Of a DNA stretch of 64,000 bases, positions 36,970 through 50,136 are shown piece after piece. The stretch is from Anthoceros angustus. Its lineage: Eukaryota > Plantae > Anthocerotophyta. The number at the start of each line of letters is the position of its first letter. The first letter of the stretch is position 1. The notes under the pieces are model-generated. The model saw only the letters and a program-made list of their open reading frames with translations, was not told where the DNA came from and searched no databases. Position numbers and translations under genes: made by a program. The stretch spans positions 1-64,000 of the forward strand of contig MU008195.1 of the NCBI GenBank assembly GCA_010909165.1, read 5' to 3'.

Positions 36970-39900
36970 GGTAACCAACAAAATCGTCTCTCTCCTCCCT
37001 TGTGCTCTTCTGCTCTTCTTCCCGCCCTTTGCCCTTCCCCTTCCTCCCTTCCTCTGCTGCTGCTGCTGCTCTCCCTCGAATGCCTGCCTGCAATGCCTGC
37101 GACCAGAAACTCACATTCCCACTATTTATTCTGTAGATGCGATCACCAGGCCCTCACTTCACTTTCACTTCACTTTCACTTCACTTCACTCACTCAAGAG
37201 GCCTGGGGCCTCTCCTCGCCGCTGCTGCCGTGCAGTGTACTGCAAGTCCAGCTGGGATTTCAGTGGAATGCAAAGGCCCGCACCGGCCCTCCAGTTGACC
37301 CAGGAGACACATCAACGCAGGCACAGGCGGGATGAGCAGAGCAGAGCAGAGACCAGTGGTGGAGAAGCAGCAGCTCGCTCTGCTTGGCAACAGCACCAAC
37401 AGAGCAGACGCAGGAGCAGGAACGGATCCAGCAACGGAACAGGACAGATCCCGGGACATAAAAAAATGGTTGGCGGAGGAGGCAGCCAACAAAGAACACC
37501 TTTCCGAGAACACAACAGCAGGGCAGGGAAGGGCAGGGCAGGGCAGGGCACACACACAAGACACACTTCGCTTTGCCACTGGGTAGCCAGCCGACTGGGC
37601 GTGGAGGGCCGGTGGGGTGTGGTGGGTGGGACTGGGTGGGAGTGCGGGAAATCTGGGAGCAAGAATTTGTAAGCCCCAGGGCGAGGCGGGATGCCGTACA
37701 GGAACGAGGGCGGAGCGGCGGGACCGTGCGACGGCCAGGACACGTCTTTAGGGCCACACAAGGGCGGAAGCCTGCGGACGTGGAGCGAACGGAGCGAAGG
37801 GCGCGGCCCGCGAGCCGTGGGAAGCACTTGTCCCCGTCTCACTGGCTTCACGCCCTGCAAATGGATTGTTGTGCGTCTCCCACCCATCTAAAACAGTGGC
37901 GGGAGAGCCCACGGCCAGCCACGTGCGCTGCCCTTGGGCACGAGTCACCTGCCAACGCATTTTGACCGCAGCCCATCAACCCCTTTGTTTCGGCTCGCCT
38001 CGGCACATGCTCGAATGGGACTCCCCCCACGGGGTCGGTTGGTGTGTACTCTTGCTTTGCGCAGCTGGAAAGGATAGGCTGCACACAAGAGAAGGAAGGA
38101 AGAAAGAAAGAACGTAAGGTGGCTCTCCCTCTCTCCCTCTCTCCCTCTCCCTGTCAAGCCCCAGGCCTGCTTGCACCGTCGCTTTCGCAATTCAGGCTAC
38201 ACTTCGTTTGCATTTGTACACACTTCCTATCAATGGCTTACATGTACGTCTTTCCTTGTTTTCTTGCTCTTTAACTCCTTCTTGCTAATAGTGCCTGATT
38301 TTTGTGCTGGCCTTTTACACAATCTGTAAGGAACATGGGACTCCAGCTCCGGATCCCGGATTCCAGAGCAGGCAGCAGACTTTAACGCTTATGTATGTCG
38401 ACCTGATTTGCATGATTGCCTCACCCACCGTCCTTGTCTCTGTTGTGTCGCCTTCTTTCGTAGTGGACAACTAATAATGGCGTGGGTGTGAGGGGAGGGC
38501 TTACGAAATATCTTTTTCGAGTCTGCCAAAACAGTACTGGGTGCTACTACGGTATGTGTATGTACACAAGTCGGAACTGGGGGTAACAGCTATGCACTAC
38601 ATACATATGAAGGCAGCCTGCGCCTGCAGGGCCAGCAGGACAGCGACTTGATTGATGGCTCGATGCACATCCCGCAGGACCGGGCTCCCTCTTCCCTCTG
38701 CTCCATCGTGGTGATTCAAGGCGCCCATTTACAATATGCGCATCTGGCTCCATGTGCTTCGAGCTCGTCTGCGCAGGGAGTGCCAGCCACTGCAGCATGG
38801 TTGGTGCACAGGTATTCTATGTAGGTAGGATAGGTGGGGATGAGCCCAGAGGCACCCATGCCACTTTCTCAGGGCGTCTTCACTCTCACTGTCAGACAGG
38901 ATTGCAGCCGAGCATGATCTGGAGCTCGGAGGACAATGTCACCACTCTGCACCGAATTGTGAAGGAGTGGCAGGGTCCTGACAGTTGTTGAATTTTCGCA
39001 CGCAGGTTCTCTATCCGTTCTACATACCTCTGCCCACCGACCAAAAGTTCTCGTACATGTTAGCTAGGCTAAGACATGAAGATGTGTGGCAGCAGAGGAC
39101 TTTGAGGCAGCCTCCGAATTATGATATTGCGGCCAAATCAGAGCGGCCCCGCCCTATATCTATTTTGCCGTGCGTCAGCAGTCTAGACACCTCCAGCCCA
39201 TCACATGATTCTCGAATCGGAATCGGCATAGCTTGCGGCAACGTCTCAGCCGGCCCGATAGTATGCAAGTCTCCCAAGCGCTCCTGCCTCTCATTCACTG
39301 TTATATGCCACCAGGAATGTTGCATCCTTGGGCTCCGCTCCTTGCTGCTGCCACTTCAGTCCGCTCTCACTTCGTAGGGTGTGATCATTCTGCAAATCTT
39401 CCATACAGTCCACCAGGGCAATCTTCCGACAACTCTATGCCTCCACTAGATCGCATACAGATTCCAGCAGGCTGTTTCCCCAATATTCCTACTTATATTT
39501 TCGGCTCGTTCTTGGATGCGAAGATAATTGGCAATAACTGTACTGGGTTGTAATCTATTTCCAGCAGCGGAAAGGAGTAGTCGATGAGTAGTTCATTGTC
39601 GCTGGATACCTGCTTCGCACTACCGTGGATTCTAAGATACTTTCAAGCAACTAAGACTCTTAAGGAAATTTCTTTGCTTACACTAGTGGAGAACCCTTCA
39701 CAAGCAACTGCTACAAGGTTACAAAATCTCCATGTCATCGTGTTCCATGCACGCAACGTTATCAACATCCACTAGCACTTTTACCCAATACAAAAAGGAC
39801 ATGGGAGTTCAAGCATCACATAGAAACACATTCCCAACCTTCCTGTCCGAGCAAATGCTCACCAGCTCATCCACTCAAATACAGCTCACCAACTCATCCA

Positions 39901-40549
39901 CTCGAACATAGCTGCATTCCCAGTCGGTATACCTCACACCTAATTTGCCTGCTGATGATATGAATGCAAAACCAAACTAGCCAAAATAGTCTAGCACGTT
40001 AGAGGGAACCGACTGAAGTGTGCTGTAGATGAACCACAAGGAATCAACAGCATCAGAAAGTATTGAACATTAAAACTCAACATTTGAATGAGGAATTGGC
40101 TTAACTCCTCCGTCACATCTTTAACTTGGATCTTAGTCACTATCAGCAAAGACATAGTGAGTAATGCTGAATTTACATAAAAGCAGGTAAAAGGCTAGCA
40201 CTGGAAAGTAAGTATCAATCACACTTCTGTGTCTTTGACTAAGATCCAAGAATTAAATTAGGGGAGGTTCACTTCATTAAATTGAGCCATGTTTCAGGAA
40301 GTGTGATAGTATCCTCCAAAACAATAACTACCTAAATTGAGTGCAGGCTACCAACTGCCAATGTGTGTCTAAATGGCTTAGGCCAAATGGACACACATTC
40401 ATAAGAACATCATGATTTTAGATCGATACTTAGATGGAGTCCCTAAAGGGAGTGGACTGTCTCGTCGTTTTCTCAATCAGTCATGGGAGAACTATGTTTC
40501 AGAGATGCCGAGAAAGGCACAAAATTCATCCTCGCTGTGGTAGAAGCCA

Positions 40550-40945
40550 TCGTTGAGGGCTCTCAAACCGAAGAGATGTCAAGAAGGCATGGTTGTACCC
40601 GATTCCATGACTTTTGTGTGCCTCTTGCTGGCTTGTGAAAATGTGGCATCCTTGGGTGTGGGAAGACAGCCACACAGGAAGATTGTAGGACAGGGTCTCC
40701 AAGCTGATGTGCTCGTAGCTGGCAGTTTGATTAACGTGACTGGGAAGTCCAGCAGCATGGTTGATTCTCAGCAGGTGTTTGACGCATTGCCAAAAAGAGA
40801 CACTGTCATCGGGAAGAACTGATTGCAGGCAGCACCTGTGAAGCTCACAAAAGAGTGGTTTTTCGAGTTGTTCTAGAGAATGAAACAGGATGGCATGTAA
40901 CCAGGATGGTGTCGCATTACTTGTTGTACTGACAGTGTGCACAGT
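40550..40945 (+). pseudogene. PLS-PPR gene fragment
   Basis: VPDSMTFVCLLLACENVASLGVGRQPHRKIVGQGLQADVLVAGSLINV...QQVFDALPKRD and DGVALLVVLTVC align with motifs of the PPR at 50137..52359. Stops and frameshifts are present. Confidence 0.85.
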
Positions 40946-41339
40946 CAACTCAACTTCCAATTTCTTTAGCATGGTGTTGCTGGCCAGAGCCAGCCCAATC
41001 ATCTCCGGAGGACACAACAAAACAGTTTCTGTTCCATCACTGTTTCTGTTTCCAGTTCTCACAGCCTCCGGACCAAGGATCAGTCAAGGAGTGTAAGAAC
41101 GCAATACAGCGAACTGCACAGATTAATCCGCTGAATCATCGTCCAAGCTATGTGCAAGAACGTCGGACCACGTCAAACCTATACCCGCCTTTTTGTCACA
41201 ATGTACTTCATCTGTGCAGGCCAATTCCATTATCCACAACCACCTCGCACATGACGATTGATTTTTTTTGGTGTCGAGTGAGGCCCGGTGAAGCCCAGCC
41301 TGTACATATATAGAGTTTGGACTTTTCATTCCAACTGTC

Positions 41340-41640
41340 TTCACCGATGCCTGCAGAATCGTGCATGGGTGAAGGAAGGGTTGAAGCAGTCTAATCGTAT
41401 GGGTGAAGAAAGGGTAGAAGCAGTCTATCAAGCATGTGACAATGTGGCAGCCTGGTGTGTCGGAAGACAGCAACACGCACAAAACCGTTCATCGTCTTCA
41501 AGACGGGGTAGACTGCCCAAATCATTCCGGGCCAGACAGTCCAGCAGCCGCCGCCGCCGAGACAGTAATCTGAAAACAGTAATCTGCAAGAGGCACACAA
41601 ATGTCACGGAATTGGGTACAACCATGCCTTCCTGACATCC
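41340..41640. pseudogene. Two further PPR fragments, one + strand (~41340-41490) and one - strand (~41583-41640)
   Basis: MGEERVEAVYQACDNVAAWCVGRQQHAQ on +. CQEGMVVPNSVTFVCLLQ on -, which is an inverted near-copy of ~40575-40629. Confidence 0.7.
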
Positions 41641-43276
41641 TTCTGTTCGAGAACCTCGAGACAATCGTTGACAGAACACAGGGGTCGAACCTCCCCCGCC
41701 CTCTTGCTGACGACTTGGCCTCCCTCAACGTGCGAGCCATTGGCTTCCCACTTGTGATAAGGTCGTCCGCACATCGACAAGCATTAATGATAAACCATCT
41801 TTGGCTTGTTTGCAGATTACTGTTTTCAGTGCTGCCCCCGTCAGTTATGGCAAACAAGCCAAAGGTGTTTACCATAAACATTTTTGGGATCATTCTCTTC
41901 ATACAGTACCGTGCAGCAGCTCGAACCCTGCCATCTCATGACACGTACAGCTGCTGATCCTAATTCTGCAGTCAAGAGGAAGCTCACTACATCTCTAGAG
42001 CATTCACAAACCAAAAATCTATCCTACCCAGCCAGAAGAGGATACATCAGGGATCAGTTTCAGGGGCTGGACCCTGTAAACTGGAGTAGACAGGGTCCCG
42101 CCAGTTCACGACAGTTTCCCTTGGGCCTCCGTAGGACTCCTGACACAGGAAACAGACTTAGGCAGAGAAATCGTCCGTCCTTGAACACAAATCCGGCACC
42201 TGCCGCCATCCTAGCTCATCTGGCACAGCAGAAAGTGCTGCGTGCTTGAAATGACACACTTGACACCACAGACTCATCTGGCACCTGCCTTTGGACGAGG
42301 AACAGGCACGTTATCAGTAGGACAACGGTCACATCCAGGAACACAGTCCCGAGGCTAGCCAAAATCCAGGGCGCCTTGCCTACCATTTCATCCCTGCATT
42401 AGGACCAGGATGGCAACCAGGTGAATAAGATGTGAAGTGACGTCTTCTTGCAGTAATCGAATCCCCTTCAAGAGACGTAGGAATGATAGAACAAGGAATG
42501 ACAATCCCGTTCGCATTAGTACATGAGTTGGGCGACCCAAAATCCCAAATACAGGGCGCCCCAAGATGCCCATTTGGAAATACATGGAAAGGCTCGATAC
42601 GAATGTGGTTCTGCTGTTTCCAAAATGCCAAACTTCGAGAAGAAGTCACCAAACAGCACACACATTCTATTGCACACACCAATCCCATAGCAAGTCGATG
42701 CGTACACAGTGCATTGGTGCTGTAGCCATAGATAACGGAGTTCCCACCCACAGAATACCCAGCTGAGATGCACCCAGCAGAAATTGGTAGGCAGCCTCTT
42801 CAGAAGAGTGATTCCCTCGGATGTAAAGAATATTCATGAACCGACAACAAATATGCAGCGCAGTGCCTTCACAACCCATGGCCTGGTGCCTACAGGTCCA
42901 TTTCATGGGGAACTGAGTGGGACTGCTCTGATCAGTCAAGCTCTTGCAGCCAGGCTTCTTGCTTGTCCCCCGGCTCGGCAGCTGTTAGAAGATACTGAAG
43001 CACAGATGAAGTTTGAATTAGCCATTACTCATGGAGCAGGGCAGGATGTCATTCCTGGCCATTCATGCATGCTCAGACCGGAGCATCCCTCCCTTTACCA
43101 ACCAGGGGCCGCTGTTGTTCATGAATTCTGGAACATGTTCAAGAGTCACAATCTTGAACCACTCAAAAGATGAATTCAGAGGTGGCCATCAGCAAAGACT
43201 GATGTGAAACAAAGCAGGATTGGGCTACACATCCTTATACCACTACACAATCACGTGGTGCAGATCGCTCCTCCAG

Positions 43277-46200
43277 TCATGTACCAAATCCCGGGGTGAT
43301 GCTGCAACACACGTCGTTTGAGTAGCTCTTCCGAAATTGCACCCTATGCAGTTGGAATATCCCGCCGATGTGATCCTTTACCAACGGCTTGACCAGATCG
43401 CTCAGGGTAATCCATGCCTCCTTCACGGGAATGTCCTGGTCCGCCGATGGACCTGTCAGGTTGACATCTAACCTGGACAGGTCTGCGTCCAGAGAGGCCG
43501 CAGTGAGATACAGCGCTCCATCCAAGCTGGTGAAGGGGTCGGGAACCGCATTCCCAATGCCGGCAGCCACATGTAGGCCAGCTTTCACTAGGAAAACCAA
43601 AACCTTGATACCTCTGATTGCTAGGGCCTGATCCACTTCCACTTCGCATCCTCCAATGTCAAGTCGAATCCAGTTTGGCCCTCCACGATGTGATTCCCAA
43701 AGATGTTTTCGCACATGAAGTGCAGCTTAGCCGCTTTGCCCACACGCACCCCTGCAATCAACCTCTGTACTACACCCACGTCTGCAGTGGTGATGTAGGG
43801 ACGTCTGGGTATCTGACTGCTTTCTAATTCTGCAGAGAAATTCATAATCTCATCCATCTTCGAAAGCAAGAATTGTTGAGTAGCTTCCTGCCCAGCCTTG
43901 ATAGCGCTCATCTCATGTTGGATAAGTTGCAAAGTCTCGCCAATTCTATCCACTTTGACTCCCACTGCTTTCACCTCTTGCTTCAAATCTCTTATCCCTT
44001 GATTGATGTTTTGCAACAGTTGCTCCCCCATCTCCGAGTGAGTAGTTCCAGGGAGGGATATAGTACGTCGGATGCTGACAAACCGAGACGTTTGAACTGG
44101 TGCGTCTTGTTGTGCGAGCACCCCTTTCTCTGTAGGCAGGACTTCCTCTACAGCTGCATCTATGTTGGATATGGTTTGAAGGAGACCTGTTCGTCGCCTT
44201 TGCAAGACATCCAAGAGTTCACCAGCACTTAAGAGCTCATCAGCTCCTCAAAGGCATTCCTCAAAAGGCTTCAGGACATTCTGGCCACCACCATTTGAAG
44301 TCGGCCAGATCCATGAGGAGAAAATCTCCCTGTACAGTCTTGTTGGTCTGCAAAACACGCTTGAGCAAATCCTGCGTTAGCACTGACTGATTATGCCGGT
44401 AGATACAGAGTGTGAGGTTTTCGACACACTCGGTCCTGATAATTCCTTCCACAAGCTCGACTCCCGGACTGCCTTCAGGGAAGCACAAAAGATTTCAACT
44501 TTGCAATCACATGTTCCTTGAGAAACTCGATAGTTTCATCTTTGCTCTTGGATGACCTCACCAGAATATCGATATGGTCACCGATGTCTCCGGTGTCCTC
44601 TCCGATATCCCCACTGCTTTCCAAAACACATCCATACCATCACACCAAAACTTGATGAGGTTGCGTTCAATACGATATTGATGAGGTTGCATGCCATGGA
44701 ATCCGAACAAATCCTTTCGAAGGCAGACCTGCAATACGCAAACCTCCACAATGTCAGTAAACAGGTTGAAGACACACACCATCAAACACAAAAGACATGT
44801 TGGTAGTTATCGTACTTGGAATCTAGGAAAAAGCCTGGACCAAGAAACGTCTTCGTCTTGTCAAGGCACTGTAACCTCCTTCCGAGGTAGTTGTAATTGC
44901 TTGCTGTATCAGCAGTTTCCCAGTTCAACTGTCGTCTCCCAGGAAGAGCGTCACCATTACCGGCGGCCATGGTGAAGGGAACAAAGAATCCGACACGTCG
45001 AGTCCCATCCTCTTCATAGCATAAGTTGAGAGTGGTCATCAACGATACCAGATGTTGCCTTTCAATCCCTCCGCTTGTGTGCCTCTGAGAATCTCATCCA
45101 AGGTGGAATGAAGGAGACTTTGAGCAACAAATCCATCTGAGGAATACGACAAACCTCTAGTAGACGGGAGACATGCTCTGGTTAGAAGCTGAATGAGTCG
45201 CCCTAAAAAATTGTGACTGATCCAGTGTGGATTTATCACCACAACATCTGTATCTTGAAAACAGATGATACTACCCACATCATGCAAATAGGCAAGAATG
45301 GCTCCCAATCGTTCCCCTCATCTTGAACCCCACCTTCGTGGAGACTCTTAGCTCGTTTTGGAACAAAGTTTGAAGTTGCTGTTTCCTCACCATCGGTTGA
45401 GCTGGATGTTGGGATACCCAGGCAGTCAAATCAGCACTCAATCGGTTGCATACCTCGGTACCCAAAACAGTTTAGTTGCAAATAGAGCTCGAAACGATTC
45501 CATGAGTGCGTCCAGCAAGGGCTTCACACTCTTGGCAGATCGAGCGTCCATGGAGAAGAGTGTGTTGTTTCCACGTGAACAACCTGTTCAAACTCGGTGG
45601 CCAACTCTGTCAGAACGGGTTGAAGGAGATCCGGTAATGCTTCAGCATCAGAACGCTTCATCTTATCCACATGAGTTGCCACCACAAATATTTAAGGCAA
45701 AGTAGAGCCCACGTTGCGACAATTTGAGTTGATGAACCTAAGCCAGTACGCCAAGCTCCTTCTGAACCTGTCCTGCAGGACATTAGGCGGATGCAGTTGG
45801 GGAGGTTTCCGATTATCAAATGGGCTGAACGCAAACAGGAAAACACATGCTTGGTTGAAGGTCGGAAAAAGGTAGTCTTGCAGAGCTCGGTAGTGAGCTT
45901 GTCCAGCCAGATCCCACATGGTAACTTGCATATCATGGTCGTTGCGCAACACCTCGATTTCTATGCCTTCCGTTCTGCTACCGGTGACGGAAGCCATCCG
46001 TCGCCAAGCACGAAATATTTTTCCCTTCAGTCGAGCTAGAACTTGGCTGAGCTGGAACTTGGGTGATGCGGCTGTCTGTCGTCTCCATGCGCGAATCATG
46101 GTGGTGCGGAGAGTGGTCTTCCCTGCCAAAGGGGCACCGCACAGGAAGAGGCGCCCAGCCTTGGGCATCACAGGCCCTTGCCTGTCCACGAGCAAAGGCC

Positions 46201-47506
46201 AGTAAGCCTCTTGAGTGGCATTGCCTGCCAAGGCTGCATGGATGATTGCGTCCTTTCCTTCCGCTTGCCATGTTGTCCCCTGGATGTCGATCTCCCGTAA
46301 CGTCTTGTTGACTTGAATAGAGTTCATCAAGTCTCTAAACATGTCATAGTTCAGGGCGTCCCAGCGAGAAATGTCGAGCTTTTTCAGAGACGCGTTGCCC
46401 TCCAAGGATCTCAGCAACTCTTTCTTGAACGAGGCGTGGCCCTCGAGCAACCCCAAGTTCAGGAGACGCAGTGCTTTGCATTCCGGGAGCAAGTGGACAA
46501 GTCGCATCCACACATCCGTCGCAGCTGATATTCGTCGGCCCCCGAGATGCAGTTGAGATATGGTGGAGTTGTGGCGTAACCCGTCCAGGCCGTGGATGAG
46601 AGCATATGGAGTGGTGTCAAGCATCTTGATACGATCGTTGGTGCGCAGCATTCCGGCCAGGGCGTCTGCCAGGCCTGCCTCCCCATCCTTGGAGATATCC
46701 AAATAAAGCTCTGTGACGCCAGAGATGGAGGCATTCTCATGAGCATCAGGGCGGGTGAAAGCAAGTTGGAGCACAGTGCCCATGGGCCCGAGGCCGCCGG
46801 GAATGGGACCCCGCAATGCAACGCCATGATCCAACTCCTGCACCCGGAGCGTGGCACAGAGCGGAAGAGCATTTGCAATACACTGGGCTCCAGCCACATC
46901 CATGCCGATGTCTTTCAGTGGCAGAGCCTTGAGACGGGGAGCCGTGGCCAGAATGCGGGCTAGGTGCTGTGCCCCTTCAGCACCTCCCACCTTGTTCCGT
47001 TGTAAGTACAAGTACTCCAGGACAGAATCCTTGTTGAAGCCTTTGGCCAGGGCACCCAGTAACGCGGCATCAAGCCCAACCCCCCCTGCTGAAAGTTGTA
47101 GTAAGCTGCGACTGGATGCCACAAGCTGGCCCAGAGCCTCGCAAGCCGCCTGCCTTCCAAAACCTTCACAGCCATACAGATCCAGCTCTTGCGGGGAAGG
47201 GTTGGACGCCAGGCCCCCCAACAGAACCGACACTTCATCCTCCCGATCCAAGCCGATGGCCCACGCGCGGTCAATGCGTATGAACTCGAGACTGCGGCAG
47301 TTGGCAATGGCTGTCAACACCCGCTTGCGCACTCGCCAGTGCCTTCCCTCATCACCACGGATTCGATCAGTGAAGTAGCCGCCATACTCTTCTTCAATAT
47401 GCAGCCCGGGTAGATGGGACACGGCATTCCGGCCCAGATCTACCAGCAGCTGCTGCAGCTTAACCGGCAGCGCGCGCCAATCCTCCGCCTCATGCTCTTC
47501 CGCCAT
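43277..47506 (-). pseudogene. TORNADO1-like LRR-ROC-COR (Roco) gene, multiply disrupted downstream of the ROC G3 motif
   Basis: RI-like LRRs, P-loop GAPLAGKTT, RTEGIEI and WDLAGQ, then an in-frame TAA just before IFVVATHVD. COR-like pieces (YLHDVGSII, VVINPHW, YLGRRLQC) and a TRN1-like C-terminus (LHFMCE...HIVEGQ.G, KAGLHVAAGIG) are scattered across frames. Confidence 0.88.
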
Positions 47507-47685
47507 GCTCTGCTATGCTGTGCTATGCTTCCCGGTAGCTCGGCGAACTGCCAGATCCCAGTGGCTAGAATGGAATGAGGGCCAGCCAGCTGCTGCTCTC
47601 CTCCAGGCCACACCACATCCCGCGGCCTTCAGCCCTGGCAGGCAGGCCCCACGCAGCGAAAGTTCCCACATGAACGGCGAAACTT

Positions 47686-47748
47686 GGGTCAGGTCAGGTC
47701 AGGTCGGGTTGGGTTGGGTTGGGTTGGGTTGGGTTGGGTTGGGTTTGG
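47686..47748. repeat. (GGTCA)n(GGGTT)n pentamer microsatellite ~180 bp upstream of the Roco start codon
   Basis: ggtcaggtcaggtcaggtcgggttgggttgggtt... Confidence 0.95.
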
Positions 47749-48141
47749 TGTCCATGGAAACTGGATCCAGCCTAGAAACCCTTTTACTTGTAATTTTCGG
47801 AGGGCATCCCCATCCCCATTGCCTGGCAGGCGCTTCTCCTTTCTCGGTGCTTGGGACTTTTCTTGCAGATCCACTCACCATGTGGCCACTTAGTTTACAA
47901 CAATCTGTTATTGGAGGGAATCAGCGCTTAAGTCTGCACCAAGTATCCACCACAATATCACACTTCTCAAAACCTTGTTCATGGTCATTTCCAATGGCAT
48001 GATTCCCAACCTGCATGCTATTCGTACTCTCCTTGGCCAGTCCTTGCGTGCCAGTTCCCACTGCCTCCGGATCAAGGAAGCCCGACCCCTTGTCCACAAG
48101 CTCCCAAAGCTGATCCCCACATGGACAACTGCCATCAATTG

Positions 48142-48863
48142 TGTAGCCTAAATATTTCTTGTCGGTTCATAGGCCAAACCCCTAGAAACTCTGGATGAAG
48201 TGCCTCCTCGTACCCGATGGTAGGCACTTCAGATCTATTTATAATTCTACTTCTCCTTAACCTTTGAATAAATAATATATATGGCCACTAGCAACCTACT
48301 CACCTTTTTCCTTGGTTTATGATTTTTAGGTATTTTCTATATAGATCCGCTGACCTATACATGTGCCATAGCACCGCGCCTCACATACATCATGATGCAC
48401 ATGGATTATATATCTCATGACACATCATCTATCTAGACATGTTCACATACATCACATGTCAACCATCCATCATGCATACATACCATGTGCATGCCATCCA
48501 TGGGCAATGCACATGTCACATCACATGCACTTCTGCATCCAAATCACATGGCTTATGCCAGGTGGGATGCCAACAGTCAAGTATCAATCTCTCATCAGCT
48601 ACCGGTTTCAGCTCACAAGAATGACGATGTCACAAGAATGGCCGCATAGCCGCATTGCCGCCCTAACTCGGGCAGGATCACTCAACTGCAGCAAGCAAAA
48701 ATCAGTCTTTGGCCTTCGGCCAGAAGAACTACAAAGTTCCTAGCCTATGGCCAAGTAACAAGGGCAAAGGGAGGCATAAGTAGCCTCCGGGCCGCGAACA
48801 GCCCCCCTGGAAAATCTGGGGGTAAAGACCCACATCTTTTCCACATCAAAACTATGAGCTACA
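48142..48863. mobile_element. LTR-like segment (TGTAGC...GCTACA)
   Basis: 6-bp inverted TG..CA termini, internal CACATC/CACATG-rich repeats and a 10-bp stem (TGAAGTGCCT/AGGCACTTCA), next to a retro integrase remnant. No TSD or PPT found. Confidence 0.35.
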
Positions 48864-48969
48864 ATCCAGCAGCTAAAACACAGCTTACCAAAGACCAAAC
48901 CACCTCTTCTGCAGTCGCTCTGCAGGCGTGAGGCTAGGTAGAGGATCTACGTCACTCTCTAAGTCCTCA

Positions 48970-49790
48970 TCATCCGGCTCCTCGACACTTGCGCCTGTCA
49001 TTCCTGCTCCAATTTGGATTCACGTCTGTTGGCCTGTAGTTGCTTAGCTTACTGAGAACCGCTTTGTATAGAGTCGAGCCGCCACCTTCCTTGAAGTCCA
49101 ACCATGCTCCGAATTCTCCAGTCCCGCTCTCTTCTTCATGTACCCACTCCGACACGAGTTGAGCTGGAGTTTTACTCTCCAACTCCTGTTCAGGTTCAAC
49201 AAGTACTTCTTCATCATTACTCTCAATAGATAGAGCCATGCCTGTATGCAAACTTGTTGAATCACAGTGTTCACATAGCCAATCCCCTTCCGGGATATCC
49301 TCTAGTGCAGGTGTGAGGCAGAAAATGTGGTAGCCTCTGTTCCACCTGTCACACAAGAGCATAAGCTCTTCATCTGTGGTATGCCCACATACCTCACAGG
49401 GCAAGTCTACCCACGTTTGAGGAACAATCCTCACATCAAGATTTGGCAAGTGACATGGAGCTAAGTGTTTCATGTGCTCCTTGCACCTTCTGCTATCTCG
49501 TCCTTCGAGTTCCACTACTCCTTGCTCACCCACATTCACCACCCCGAGAATCAACCTTCCAGTACTAACATCTAACGTGCTAGCTGGTCTGTGTTGCAGG
49601 TAGACATAATCTCCTGGTGCGAACTTCCTGGCCTTGGGCTTCCATGAGCCCCCCGCGTGTGAGCATACCTCAACTGGTCTTTGTGCTGTGCTGTGCAGTA
49701 GCAAGGTTGTCCATAGCCATGGGCAGAATCCTCTGGAACACTTTTGCTCTGGCTTGCACTTGCTCTAAGGATGCCCTTGGTGCAAGTAGC
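48970..49790 (-). mobile_element. Ty3/Gypsy pol remnant: integrase C-terminal region fused to a PHD finger
   Basis: RAKVFQRILPMAMDNLATAQHKDQLRYAHTRG, a frameshift, then RKFAPGDYVYLQ...LEGRD...APCHLPNLD, followed by CEVC..LLCDRWNRGYHIFCL.P.L..IPEGDWLCEHC (C4HC3 with Cys4 replaced by Trp). Confidence 0.8.
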
Positions 49791-49865
49791 TTAAGCACAC
49801 CATGGTACAAGTTGTTAAGTACCAAGTCCCATGACGGAAATCCGTCCTTAGTGGACTTAAATAAA

Positions 49866-49893
49866 TTTCTTCTTCTTCTTCTTCTTCTTCTTC
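49866..49893. repeat. (CTT)n microsatellite
   Basis: ttcttcttcttcttcttcttcttcttc. Confidence 0.95.
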
Positions 49894-50136
49894 AGTTTAT
49901 GACTCAAGGTATTTCCAACTCCACCATATCCAAGCCACCTAGACTCAGTGTAAAGTACCCAGATCAACTGACATGGATACGATGGATTCCACATGTGCTC
50001 TTGTAGTAGGAATGGTTGTCACACTAACATGTTTGAAGAAGAAGCAACTCGGAAGGTGCATGCATGAAGGATAAATTATCTAAATAAAAAAGAAAATGAC
50101 CACGTTTGTGCTCTCCTGTCCAGCACAAAGTGGAGA

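Noticed and set aside
41665-41720. tRNA-Leu/SINE-like GGTTCGACCCC on the minus strand
   Set aside because: No D-arm or anticodon arm and no acceptor-stem pairing.
45692-45694. Roco premature TAA rescued by U-to-C editing
   Set aside because: Such editing is known for organellar transcripts, and downstream frameshifts would remain.
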